A program made the position numbers and the translations under genes. This document shows positions 16,912 to 25,570 of a stretch of 25,570 bases of DNA, piece by piece (the first letter of the stretch is position 1; each line of letters begins with the position of its first letter). The stretch comes from a virus. Its lineage: Duplodnaviria; Caudoviricetes. The notes below the pieces were generated by a model that saw only the letters and a program-made list of their open reading frames with translations, made no database searches and was not told where the DNA came from. Where the stretch lies: positions 1-25,570 of IMG/VR virus record IMGVR_UViG_3300023214_000226; one strand, written 5' to 3'.

Positions 16912-17265
16912 GTGGTCTCTGGGATACTCGAGCTCCGCGTCGATGGACAGCAGGTCCGCCTCAAGGGCGACTTCACTTACAACCTCGGCGGGCGCTCTCA
17001 CCAGGGCGAGGCGGGACCGGACGGTTCCGTCGGCTTCGTGTCGCAGCATCTGGTCCCGTACATCGAGGGCGAGGTGTGGGACGATCCCGAGCTCGACGTC
17101 CTGTCACTCCGCAGCGTCCGGGGTGGCACCGCGACCGTGCGCCTGGAAAACGGCAAGACGCTCTCGTACCAGGGCCTCCACGGGGCCGGGGAGTGGGATG
17201 TCAACGGCTCGCAGGGCGGTATCTCGATGCGCTTCGAGGCGTCCGCCGCTGCCGAGGTGCGCTGA
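16912..17265 (+). CDS. Tail tube protein, Mu gpM-like
   Basis: 117 aa after the sheath; VDGQQVRLKGDFTYNLGG, PYIEG, LENGK. Confidence 0.9.
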   Translation: MVSGILELRVDGQQVRLKGDFTYNLGGRSHQGEAGPDGSVGFVSQHLVPYIEGEVWDDPELDVLSLRSVRGGTATVRLENGKTLSYQGLHGAGEWDVNGSQGGISMRFEASAAAEVR

Positions 17266-17585
17266 TGGCGGAGCGCATCGTCTCGACTGTGCAGCTCGAG
17301 GAGCCGATCGAGGCATTCGGGCAGACGGTAGAGCGCCTCGAGTTTCGCCGCCCCACTGCGGGGATCACTCGCCACATCGGCGCGCGTCACGCCGACGGAA
17401 CGCCAGTTTCGGACGGCGAGGTGCAGCTACGCATGCTCGCCGAGGTGACCGGCCTCTCCGAGGAGGCCGTTGCGACGCTCGGGTGGGACGACTTCGAGCG
17501 GGCGCAGCAGGTGCTCGGGCAACTCATGGACGGGAGCCAGGGCAAGCGAAAGCAGGGGGCCCGCTCCAAGAGGGGAAAAGGCTGA
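17265..17585 (+). CDS. Tail assembly chaperone (gpG/gpE/Mu gp41-like)
   Basis: TGATG coupling; LEEPIEAFG...LEFRRPT...LGWDDF; ends at a slippery site. Confidence 0.85.
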   Translation: MAERIVSTVQLEEPIEAFGQTVERLEFRRPTAGITRHIGARHADGTPVSDGEVQLRMLAEVTGLSEEAVATLGWDDFERAQQVLGQLMDGSQGKRKQGARSKRGKG

Positions 17586-17770
17586 GGGTCGGACGCTGGA
17601 CAGTGTCCCCCGCGTTCCACGACGGGCTCGGCATTCTGGCCCGCGTGTTCGGCTGGGCGCCATCTGAGCTCTGGGCGTTGCCGCTCGACGATCTCCCGCT
17701 CTGGCTCGACCAGGCGGAGAAGGTCCTCCGACGCGAGGCCAAGGGAGGTAGCCGTGGCCGCACGTCGTAG
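17573..17770 (+). CDS. -1 frameshift extension of the tail chaperone (GT/gpE'-like)
   Basis: G GGA AAA heptamer at 17573-17579; the -1 frame encodes LARVFGWAPSELWALPLDDLPLW, the GpE-family motif. Confidence 0.85.
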   Translation, partial: GKRLRVGRWTVSPAFHDGLGILARVFGWAPSELWALPLDDLPLWLDQAEKVLRREAKGGSRGRTS

Positions 17771-19208
17771 CCGGCAGCGCGTCGAGGTGCGGATCGAGGC
17801 GGTGGAGCGGGTCGCGCGCCCAATCCGTCAGGTGAATCGGCGCCTGGAGCGCCTTTTGGGTCCGATTAGACGTATCCGCGCGGGCTTCGCGGCCATCGAC
17901 CGCGAGAGCGGATTCCGGAACCTGCGCCGCGCGAGCGGTCAGCTCTTGCGCAGCGTGGCGCGCGTCGCCGCGGTCGTGGGAGGGGCCGGCCTGGCGGTCG
18001 GCCTCTTCACCCGGCGGCAAGCGGAAGCGGCCGATGCGATCGCCAAGGTGTCCGACCGCGTGGGCTTCACGGTGCGCGGCTACCAGTCGATCCGCTTCGC
18101 CGCGGACCGCTCCGGCGTCTCGCAGGAGATCCTGAACAGCTCGCTGGTGGCGTTCGCCAATCGCCTCGGCAAAGCCCGGGCCGGCACGGGCGGTTTGTTC
18201 AACATCCTGCGGCGCGTGAACCCGGAGCTTCTCCGTCAGCTCCGTACCACGGAAGACAACGAGGAGGCGTTTCGCCTCTTCGTCAACGAGATCGGCAGGC
18301 TCCCGAACGCGGCGCAACGTGCCGCCCTGGCCTCCGCCGGCTTCTCCCGTGCAGGCGTGCCGCTGGTCAACTTGGCCAATGTTGGCGCCGAAGGCATCGC
18401 CAAACTTGAGGCGCGGTTCCGCGCGCTGGGCGGCGGAGTTACGGAGCGCGCAGCGCGCCAGGGTGAGTCCGTGGTCGATGCGATCACCGACCTGCGCGCC
18501 GCGGCGTCAAGTCTCGCTGCGCAGGTGGCGACCGATCTCTTTCCCGTGATCCGCGACCTTTCACTTCAACTGACTGAGTGGATCGCGAATAATCGCGAGC
18601 TCATTCGCACCGAGATCTCTGGGTTCCTGCGAAATGTGGTCTCTGGGACGGTGGCACTGGCCCGTGTTCTGCGGCAGGTGATCCCCCCCGTCGCGGAATT
18701 CGTCCAGCGAATGGGTGGGCTGCGGACGCTCGCGATCGCGGCCGGGACGGTGCTCACCCTTACGGTCGTGCCGGCGGTGGCCGCCGTGGGCGCTGCGCTC
18801 ACGACCACGGCCGGTCTCGTGATCGCGGCGGTCGGAGGCATCGGCCTTGCGGTGTCGGCGCTTGTCGCGAACTGGGACGAGCTCAAGAGCGCCGGCGTCG
18901 ACGCGGTCGAAGCGATAACCTCTGAGGTGCGCCGCCTCGCGGGCCTGATCCCGCAATCGGTGATCGACTTCTTGGGATTCGGCAGCGCGCCGGAGGTGTC
19001 GTCGCTCGCTCGGGCCGGCGGCCCCAGCGTGATCGGTGGCGCCGCCAGCGGCCTCACCGAGGCGGCCGGGGGCGCCGCCGGAAGGGTGGATGGTACGCTC
19101 CGCATCCAGGTTGACCAGGCCGGGCGCGTCGAGGGGGCCTCCCTTGAGAGCACCGGCGACCTCGAGCTCGCGCCCGACGCCGGCTCGGTACTGCTGTCGG
19201 CAGGCTAG
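17754..19208 (+). CDS. Tape measure protein
   Basis: 484 aa, Ala-rich helical with hydrophobic segments and LVANWDELK repeat-type motif; follows the chaperone. Confidence 0.9.
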   Translation: MAARRSRQRVEVRIEAVERVARPIRQVNRRLERLLGPIRRIRAGFAAIDRESGFRNLRRASGQLLRSVARVAAVVGGAGLAVGLFTRRQAEAADAIAKVSDRVGFTVRGYQSIRFAADRSGVSQEILNSSLVAFANRLGKARAGTGGLFNILRRVNPELLRQLRTTEDNEEAFRLFVNEIGRLPNAAQRAALASAGFSRAGVPLVNLANVGAEGIAKLEARFRALGGGVTERAARQGESVVDAITDLRAAASSLAAQVATDLFPVIRDLSLQLTEWIANNRELIRTEISGFLRNVVSGTVALARVLRQVIPPVAEFVQRMGGLRTLAIAAGTVLTLTVVPAVAAVGAALTTTAGLVIAAVGGIGLAVSALVANWDELKSAGVDAVEAITSEVRRLAGLIPQSVIDFLGFGSAPEVSSLARAGGPSVIGGAASGLTEAAGGAAGRVDGTLRIQVDQAGRVEGASLESTGDLELAPDAGSVLLSAG

Positions 19209-19217
19209 AGGTGCCAT

Positions 19218-20405
19218 GTGTCCTGGGTAGAGCGGCTCCGACCCGCCAGCTTTCGCGGGGTGCCGTTTCGCGCGCGCGACGAAACGCGCAGCGGCGGGCG
19301 CCGCGCACAAACCCACGAATACCCGCTCCGCGAGATCCCGTGGACGGAGGACCTGGGGCGCCGCGCGACGCAATGGGAGGTTAGCGGCGCGCTCTACGGG
19401 GACGACTACGACCTTCACCGCGACGCGCTCGAGCGGGCCCTGCAGGCCCCCGGCCCGGGTCGGCTGATCCTGCCACGCATCGGCGAGCGGCAAGCGGTCT
19501 GCGTCGACTACACGATCACCGAGCGTGCCGACGAGGTCGGCGTGGCCCGGCTCCGCGCAACGTTCAGGCCTAGGGGCCGGAACCTGCACCCGCGCGCCGT
19601 GGTCGACACGCAGCGCCAGGCGGAGGAGGATGCGGGCGGGCTCCTCGAGCGCCTGGGTGACGTGGCCGAGCGGCTGCTGGCATTCGATGGAATGCCCGGA
19701 TGGGTCTCCGACGCGGGGATCGCGCGAGCGGGCGACGTGCTGGCAGGCATCCGCGACGCGAGCGCCCTGGTACGCGGTGCCGGGGACGCCGTTTCGCAGC
19801 TCCGCGCGCAGGTCACGCGCGCTCAGGCGGAGCTCGGCACCGGCGGGCTCGCCTCGCTGGGGACAGACCTCTCGGACCTCTTTCGCGACCTGGCCGCGCT
19901 TCCGGGCGACGCCGGGCGACTCTTCAGCGCCGGCGAGTCGCTTCTCTCGCTCGGAGCGGCCTGGGAGGACGAGCCTGGGTCGACGCCCAGCGTGGCGGCT
20001 GCAAACGCAAATCAAGAGGCCCTGAGAGCGCAGGCCCGGGCGGCGGCGCTAGCGGTCATGGCGAGCGCTGCCGTGAGTCTCACCCCGGAGAGCGCCGGGG
20101 AAGCCGTCGCGCTCCGAGAGCGTCTTGTGGGGCGCTTCGACGAGCAGCTCGCCGTGACCACCGACGACGAGCTCTTTGGCGCCCTGGTCACGCTTCGGGC
20201 TTCGGTCGCGCAGGATCTCCGGGACCGGGCAGCTCAGCTTCCGCGGCGCGTCGAGGTCCGCGTCCCGGCCACCGTGCCGGCGGTGGTGCTCGCACAAAGG
20301 ATCTACGGCAGCGCCGAGCGCGAGGCCGAGATCGTGGCGCGAAACGGAGTGCGGCACCCGCTCTTCGTTGAAGGGCCGACGATCGAGGTGCTGTCGGGTG
20401 GCTGA
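19218..20405 (+). CDS. DNA circularisation/tail hub protein, Mu gpN (gp43)-like
   Basis: MSWVERLRPASFRGVPF, HEYP, EDLGR; C-terminal PAVVLAQRIYG...RNGVRHPLFV. Confidence 0.92.
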   Translation: MSWVERLRPASFRGVPFRARDETRSGGRRAQTHEYPLREIPWTEDLGRRATQWEVSGALYGDDYDLHRDALERALQAPGPGRLILPRIGERQAVCVDYTITERADEVGVARLRATFRPRGRNLHPRAVVDTQRQAEEDAGGLLERLGDVAERLLAFDGMPGWVSDAGIARAGDVLAGIRDASALVRGAGDAVSQLRAQVTRAQAELGTGGLASLGTDLSDLFRDLAALPGDAGRLFSAGESLLSLGAAWEDEPGSTPSVAAANANQEALRAQARAAALAVMASAAVSLTPESAGEAVALRERLVGRFDEQLAVTTDDELFGALVTLRASVAQDLRDRAAQLPRRVEVRVPATVPAVVLAQRIYGSAEREAEIVARNGVRHPLFVEGPTIEVLSGG

Positions 20406-21462
20406 TGCTCAGGTGGAGCTCAGGATCCGCGGTCAGGTCCTGGGGGGCTGGACGTCTGTCTCGGTGACCAGGTCGGTAGAGACCGTGGCCGGCACCTTCG
20501 AGCTCGGCATGTCGGAGCTTGCCCCTGACGATCCGATCCGACGCCGGGTCGCGCTGGGGGAGACGGCCGAAGTGCTCGTCGACGGAGAGACCGTGCTCTC
20601 CGGCTACGTCGACCGCTTGGCTCCGAGCTATTCGCCGAGCGGTCATGAGATCCGCGTGGAGGGGCGGGACCGGACCGGAGACCTGGTAGACTGCACCGCT
20701 GCACCGGGCCGCTCTGAATGGGTGGGAGCGCGCGTAGACGAGATCGCGCGCGATCTTGCGGCGCCGTTCGGAATCCGCGCCCAGGCGCGTGCGGATCCTG
20801 GCGCCCGCTTTGGCCAGTTTCGGATCGAGCCTGGCGAACGGATTCTCGAGACGATCGAGCGCGCCGCGCGCTACCGGCGACTGGTCCCCTTCTCGGACGG
20901 GCGCGGCGACCTGGTCCTCGATCAGCCGGGCCGGCGCCGCGCACACGGCGAGCTCCGCCTGGGGCGCAATCTTCTGGGCGCTCGCGCGGTCTACTCTGAC
21001 CGGGAGCGCTACTCCGAGGTCACCGTCCGAGGCCAGAGCCCAGCAGCCTTCGACGCCTTCGGGCTCTCCTCCAGCGCTTCCGCCGCCGACCCTGCCATCC
21101 GCCGCCACCGCCCCCTGGTGGTGCAGGCGGACTCGGCCGCGTCGACGGGCGAGCTCGAGACGCTGGCGCAGGCAGAGGTCTCCCGGCGCGCCGGCGAGGG
21201 CACGCGCATCCGAGCAACCGTGGTCGGTTGGCGCCAGACCCCCGGAGGCGAGCTCTGGGAGCCAGGGACGCGGGTCACGATGCGCGACGCGTGGCTGGGC
21301 GTGGCCCGCGAGCTCGTGATCGGCACGGCCCGCTACACGCTCGACGAGACGACGGGTGAGACCACGGTGCTGCGCCTGTTGCGTCCCGAGGTCTTCGCGG
21401 CGCGCCCGCTGGATGAGCCGGCTTCGCCGGAGGCGGAGCTCTGGAGCCGTCCCGGTGCGTGA
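20398..21462 (+). CDS. Baseplate hub protein, Mu gpP (gp44)-like
   Basis: GAGGTG SD plus GTG 20398; GWTSVSVTRS, GYVD, GRDRTGDLVDC, RYSEVTVRGQ. Confidence 0.92.
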   Translation: MADAQVELRIRGQVLGGWTSVSVTRSVETVAGTFELGMSELAPDDPIRRRVALGETAEVLVDGETVLSGYVDRLAPSYSPSGHEIRVEGRDRTGDLVDCTAAPGRSEWVGARVDEIARDLAAPFGIRAQARADPGARFGQFRIEPGERILETIERAARYRRLVPFSDGRGDLVLDQPGRRRAHGELRLGRNLLGARAVYSDRERYSEVTVRGQSPAAFDAFGLSSSASAADPAIRRHRPLVVQADSAASTGELETLAQAEVSRRAGEGTRIRATVVGWRQTPGGELWEPGTRVTMRDAWLGVARELVIGTARYTLDETTGETTVLRLLRPEVFAARPLDEPASPEAELWSRPGA

Positions 21463-22084
21463 GCTCTGGCGGCGGCTCCGGGCGCTCCTCTGGCGCGCCC
21501 TCCTGCGCCGGACGACCGAAGAGTCAGGACAGCTCCGTCGGATCGAGGTCGAGGGGTTCCCCGGCGACCGTCTGCGCGGCGTCGAGGAGCACTCCGCCTA
21601 CGGCTTCGAGGCGCGCCCTCTCCCGGGCGCGGACGTTCTGATGCTGAGCCTGGGCGGATCGCGCGGGCACGCGGTCGCGGCATCCGTCGCCGATCGCCGC
21701 CACCGGCCGAGCGACCTCGAGGAGGGCGAGGTCGCGCTCTACACCGACGAGGGAGTCGGGGTCCGTCTCCGGCGCGGCCGCGTGGTCGAAATCCGGGGCG
21801 CCGAGCTCGACCTGGCGTCAGACGAGCCTGCGACAGGTCAAGCCAACGTGCAGGCGCCGACGGTGGTCGTCCAGGGCGACGTGTCGCTCGAGCTCCGCAG
21901 TTTGGCCGCCATCACGATCAACGCCCCTCTCGTCGAGATCCAGGGCCAGGACGTCCGGGTGGGCAACGGAGGGAGCGTCACCGTGGACGGCGGCGGCGGC
22001 GCGGTGGTGGACGGCGTCACCGTGGCGACCCACGTCCACGGCGGGGTCTCGTCCGGGAGCAACCAGTCCGGGCCCCCGGAATAG
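21455..22084 (+). CDS. Baseplate spike protein, Mu gp45-like
   Basis: YGF, GGSRGH, DRRHRP...GEVALY; C-terminal HxH motif THVHGGV. Confidence 0.9.
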   Translation: MRELWRRLRALLWRALLRRTTEESGQLRRIEVEGFPGDRLRGVEEHSAYGFEARPLPGADVLMLSLGGSRGHAVAASVADRRHRPSDLEEGEVALYTDEGVGVRLRRGRVVEIRGAELDLASDEPATGQANVQAPTVVVQGDVSLELRSLAAITINAPLVEIQGQDVRVGNGGSVTVDGGGGAVVDGVTVATHVHGGVSSGSNQSGPPE

Positions 22085-22095
22085 GAGAGCAGCTC

Positions 22096-22539
22096 GTGGA
22101 CGCAGCGCTCCGGAGTCAGACGACGACGCTTCGCGGAGATCTGGTGCTCGACCCGCGCCGCGAAGCGCTCCTCGAGGAGCAGACCCTCGAGACGGCGCTG
22201 TACCTCTCCCTGTTCACGGATCGCCGCGCGGAGCCCGAGGACGAGCTTCCGAGCGGTGCCGCACGGTTCCAGCGCGCGGCGGACCCGGGTGGCTGGTGGG
22301 CTGATGCGGACTATGGATCGCGGCTCTGGCTCCTGGCTCGTCAGACTCTTACGTCCGAGACGCTCGAGCGTGCGCGCTCCTACGCGCTCGAAGCTCTCGC
22401 CTGGCTGATCGACGAGGGTCTGGCCGGCGACGTCGAGGTGGTGCCGATCGTGCCCCGCGATGGGTGGCTGGGGCTCGAGATCACGGTCTCGCGTCCGGAC
22501 GCGCCGCCGGAGCGGTACGCGTACGTCTGGGAGGTGTAG
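22096..22539 (+). CDS. Baseplate protein, Mu gp46-like
   Basis: SLFTDRRA, GWWAD, GSRLWLL, EALAWLIDEG. Confidence 0.92.
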   Translation: MDAALRSQTTTLRGDLVLDPRREALLEEQTLETALYLSLFTDRRAEPEDELPSGAARFQRAADPGGWWADADYGSRLWLLARQTLTSETLERARSYALEALAWLIDEGLAGDVEVVPIVPRDGWLGLEITVSRPDAPPERYAYVWEV

Positions 22540-23613
22540 ATGCCGCTCGAGCGTCCGAGCCTCTTGGCCATCCGTGAGCGCCTGCTGGCGAACCTGGACG
22601 CCGAGATCCCTGGCGTCCAAGCGCGGCTGCCAAGGTCGATCCTCGAGATCCTGGCGAGTACGGCTGCGCTCGGAATCCATGGCACCTATGGTTTCGGCGT
22701 TTCGATCGCGCGCGATCTCTTCCCAGACAGCGCGCAGGGCGACGCGCTCGACCGACTGGCCAGCCTCTACGGGCTCGAGCGGCGTCCCGACGATTTCGCT
22801 GAGGTGGTGATCACCTTCTCGGGAGTGCCGCAGACCTCGCTCCCGGAGGGCACGCGTCTGGTGCGCGACAGCGACGCACTCGAGCTCCGGACCACGTTGG
22901 GCTCGTCCACCGGATCTGGCGGTCCTCTGCAGCCTCTCACCGTGGCGCAGCCGCTGTCGCCGGGGCGTATCGAGGTCGTGCCTGGCGAGTCTTACACCTT
23001 TGTCGACCCGCCGCTCGGGATCGATGCGACGGCGACGCACGGGCTCACGAACAGCTTGGGCGCCGACGGCGAGAGCGACACGGAGCTCCGAGAGAGACTG
23101 CTTGCTCGCCTGGCGGCGCCGGCGCAGGGCGGGAATCCGACCGATTTCCGGCTCTGGGCGCTCGAGGTGCCCGGGGTGACCCGGGCTTTCGTGCGTCGCC
23201 CGGATCCCACCGCTGGCGCGCCGGCCGACCGGACGGTCGCCGTGCGGCTAGCGAATGACGACGAGGATCCCCCGGTCGCGGCCGCCGGCACGGTGACGGA
23301 GGTGCAGTCTCTGCTCGACGCGCGCGCTCCGGTCGGTGCGCTCGTGGACGTCCAGAGCGTCACGGTGCGCGACCTCGATCCGGAGATCGCCGTGGTGCCG
23401 GACACGCAGGAGGTCAGAGAGGCCGTAGAGGCGGAACTGCGCGCGCTGCTGCTGCGCGAAGGCTCGCCGGGCGCGACGATTCCGCTCTCGCGGTTCGGTG
23501 AGGCGATCTCCTCCGCGCCCGGAGAGACGGATCACTCGATCCTCTCGCCGGCGGCTCCGGAGGTGGTCGGGGACGACGAGGTGCTGCGAGTCGGGACGAT
23601 CACCTGGGCCTAG
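22540..23613 (+). CDS. Baseplate J / Mu gp47-like protein
   Basis: GADGESDTELRERLL, GGNPTDFRLWALEVPGVTRA, C-terminal GTITW. Confidence 0.92.
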   Translation: MPLERPSLLAIRERLLANLDAEIPGVQARLPRSILEILASTAALGIHGTYGFGVSIARDLFPDSAQGDALDRLASLYGLERRPDDFAEVVITFSGVPQTSLPEGTRLVRDSDALELRTTLGSSTGSGGPLQPLTVAQPLSPGRIEVVPGESYTFVDPPLGIDATATHGLTNSLGADGESDTELRERLLARLAAPAQGGNPTDFRLWALEVPGVTRAFVRRPDPTAGAPADRTVAVRLANDDEDPPVAAAGTVTEVQSLLDARAPVGALVDVQSVTVRDLDPEIAVVPDTQEVREAVEAELRALLLREGSPGATIPLSRFGEAISSAPGETDHSILSPAAPEVVGDDEVLRVGTITWA

Positions 23614-23615
23614 CA

Positions 23616-24161
23616 GTGGCAGACCAGCTTCCGTCGCTCGACGCATACACCGAGGTCCTGGCGGCGGCTTTGCCGCCCGGACGCGCGCTCGACGCGTCTC
23701 CGGATACCGCGCTGCGTGGCGTCTTGCGAGCGCTCGCGGCCGAGCTCCGCGCGGCAGACCGGTGGCTCCAGGACCTGCTCGAAGAAGCGGATCCGCGCAC
23801 CACGTCGGCGCTGCTGGAGGAGTGGGAGCAGGCGTGGGGGTTGCCCGACCCCTGCGCTGGCGCGCCGCCCGACAGCCTGGCCGGCCGTCGCGACGAGCTC
23901 GTGGTCAAGGTGACCACGGAGCCCAACCTCACGGCCGCCTTCCTGGTGGAAGCGGCGGCGGCCCTGGGCTTTGCTGTCGCTTTCGACCCGACGCCGTTCC
24001 CCTTTCTCGATGTCGTGGTGCCGAGCGTGCCGGTGCTGCCGTTCCGGGTCGGCGCGAACCGGGTGGGAGAGCGACTCGAGCGCCTGGTCACCGACGAGCG
24101 CCTCCTCTGCGTGCTGCAGCGGATCGCGCCGGCTCACCTCACCCCGCGAATCGTGGAGTAG
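23616..24161 (+). CDS. Baseplate protein, Mu gp48 / YmfQ (DUF2313)-like
   Basis: LPPGRA, EADPRTT, LLEEWE, GLPDPC, PAH. Confidence 0.9.
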   Translation: MADQLPSLDAYTEVLAAALPPGRALDASPDTALRGVLRALAAELRAADRWLQDLLEEADPRTTSALLEEWEQAWGLPDPCAGAPPDSLAGRRDELVVKVTTEPNLTAAFLVEAAAALGFAVAFDPTPFPFLDVVVPSVPVLPFRVGANRVGERLERLVTDERLLCVLQRIAPAHLTPRIVE

Positions 24162-24164
24162 ACC

Positions 24165-25130
24165 ATGCACCACCCGGACGGCGACGACGTCGCGGCCACC
24201 CTGCCGAGCTTCGAGGACGCGGGCAGCCAGCTTCCGAATCGCTACTTCCGCAACGCCAACCCGACCGCTGGCGAAGAGGCGACGGTCCTCACGCGCGATT
24301 TCCTGAACGATCTCCTGATCAACCTGGAATGGCTGCGCGACCAGGCCGGAGAGACCTGGACCAAGGGCCGAAAAGAGGACCTCTTCGACGCGCTCTTGGA
24401 AATCCTCGATTCGCGCCGCGCGGCGGACGGCACGCGGCTCGAGTGGCAGGCCGCCGACGAGCTCCGTCTGCACACGCGAGGCGCCGACGGAAGCATCCGG
24501 ATCAAGCTCGCGCAGAGCAGCTACCGCACGCCGTCGCCGATCGCCTTCCTCTGGCCCGAACACGTCCTCCCTGGCCAGGAAGTGGCCGAGGACGTATTCA
24601 TCCACGCCTACCTGAGCCGCAGTGGATCCACGGTGTCCCCGGTGCTGTCGACAAGAGACCCGGTCGGGTCGCGTCACCCGGAGCTCCCCGACAGCCGCTA
24701 TGTCGGCAGCGCCTTCCGCGAGAGCTCGCGGTTCACGCCTCACTGGACCGACGGAGCCAACTACTACCTCCGCGAGATTCCGGACGCGCTCCAGGTCGAT
24801 CTCGGAGCGCAGAGCTCGACGGTGGTGAAGATTACGACGCCACTACCCGAACACTTCCGATCCGCATACGGGGCTCTGTCGCTTGGCGCGGGTTCGCAAA
24901 GCGTGTCCTGGTCCCTTACCGATCCCGCCCAGGTCGGGGAGGTGTTCTCAGGCACTGTCCCCTACGGACGGATCGGTGGCGCGCCAGCGACCGTGCGCGG
25001 ATACTCGATCGGATTCTGGTTCCCGGTCGTGAACCGAGAGGTCGGCATCGTGTCGGGTATTTTGGGCGCCGATCCTGTGAGCTTTGGCGAGCGTCTTTTC
25101 ATTCTGGGTTGGAGCCTGGAGGTTTCATAG
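24165..25130 (+). CDS. Tail fibre / receptor-binding-type protein
   Basis: N-terminal YFRNANPTAGEEATVLTRDFLNDL resembles Mu-type fibre attachment domains; position after gp48; beta-rich C-terminus. Confidence 0.75.
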   Translation: MHHPDGDDVAATLPSFEDAGSQLPNRYFRNANPTAGEEATVLTRDFLNDLLINLEWLRDQAGETWTKGRKEDLFDALLEILDSRRAADGTRLEWQAADELRLHTRGADGSIRIKLAQSSYRTPSPIAFLWPEHVLPGQEVAEDVFIHAYLSRSGSTVSPVLSTRDPVGSRHPELPDSRYVGSAFRESSRFTPHWTDGANYYLREIPDALQVDLGAQSSTVVKITTPLPEHFRSAYGALSLGAGSQSVSWSLTDPAQVGEVFSGTVPYGRIGGAPATVRGYSIGFWFPVVNREVGIVSGILGADPVSFGERLFILGWSLEVS

Positions 25131-25570
25131 ATGCGTGTCTTGTCTTCCCTGCTGTTCGCACTGGCGTTTGCGGCTGGTTCGGCCTGGGCGACCGACGTCG
25201 TCACGCCGGGCACGCTGCCGTCGGATCCCGCTCCCGGCGAGTTCGTCTGGGTGGACGGGGCGGCCGCCGGGGCCTGCGACACCGTCGGCCCGGATCGGAA
25301 CCTCTGCGCGTGGAACGAGACGGCTGGCGACTGGCAGTTCGTGCAGCGCGGCGGCACGGAGCCCGGCATCGCCCCGGCTCCGCGCACGGTCGCGACCATG
25401 GAGCAGATCCAGGTCGACCCGAGCGGGACCAGCCTCCCGCAGAACGCCGTCAACGGCATGCTCGCGCTCGAAGCGCTCGCTTCGGGGGTGGCGTCGCAGT
25501 GCACGCTTGCCGCAGGCCCCGACCAGGTCGTGACCGAGGGCGGGTCCTGCGGCGCGGAAAGCCACGGCCA
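25131..25570 (+). CDS. Signal-peptide-bearing, Cys-containing protein in the tail-fibre region (partial, runs off right edge)
   Basis: GGAGG SD, ATG directly after the fibre stop; MRVLSSLLFALAFAAGSAWA then TDVVTPGTLPSDP; open to the window end; absent from the ORF track because it has no stop. Confidence 0.8.
   Translation, partial: MRVLSSLLFALAFAAGSAWATDVVTPGTLPSDPAPGEFVWVDGAAAGACDTVGPDRNLCAWNETAGDWQFVQRGGTEPGIAPAPRTVATMEQIQVDPSGTSLPQNAVNGMLALEALASGVASQCTLAAGPDQVVTEGGSCGAESHG

Larger units (their letters stand above)
1..25570. mobile_element. Tailed phage/prophage (lambda-type head and packaging module, Mu-like contractile tail); both ends outside the window
   Basis: Contiguous terminase-portal-capsid-sheath-tube-TMP-baseplate-fibre gene order plus phage-type early genes; no host housekeeping genes or att sites seen. 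Confidence 0.95.

Noticed and set aside
19208-19230. Out-of-frame ATG (19216, MCPG-stop) just before the gpN-like gene, suggesting a frameshift
   Set aside because: In-frame GTG at 19218 has better SD spacing and gives the canonical MSW...ASFRGVPF start; the gene looks intact
14304-25130. Tailocin or extracellular contractile injection system
   Set aside because: Complete head, packaging and replication genes are contiguous with the tail, consistent with a full phage
1-25570. Very frequent CTCGAG and GAGCTC hexamers
   Set aside because: Mostly in-frame Leu-Glu and Glu-Leu codon pairs under this codon usage; irregular spacing, not a repeat array
1-25570. CRISPR array, tRNA, integrase/att, transposase, reverse transcriptase/DGR
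   Set aside because: No spaced direct repeats, tRNA arms, or catalytic motifs of recombinases, DDE transposases or RTs were found by eye; the Mu-like tail does not imply Mu-like transposition

Overview
GC-rich (roughly 70% by eye) segment of a tailed dsDNA phage or prophage. No host genes, integrase or att site are visible, so its limits lie outside the window. 1-5.7 kb is an early/regulatory region: leftward ssb, a divergent control region with inverted repeats, a rightward DnaB/RecA-family ATPase, a run of small CxxC (zinc-binding) proteins, a hairpin-rich intergenic stretch, a leftward XRE-HTH operon and a Zn-finger/HTH putative late regulator. 5.9-25.6 kb is one rightward late operon: a gpZ-like protein, a small M15-type Zn peptidase (candidate endolysin) and a lambda-like cos (cosQ GGGTCCT), followed by a lambda-type packaging/head module (Nu1, gpA, gpW-like, portal, fused protease-capsid). 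Then comes a full Mu-like contractile tail (sheath, tube, chaperone with a -1 frameshift, tape measure, gp43-gp48, fibre). The last ORF runs off the window and encodes a Cys-containing protein with a Sec-type signal peptide. All calls rest on motifs and synteny read by eye; no searches were run.
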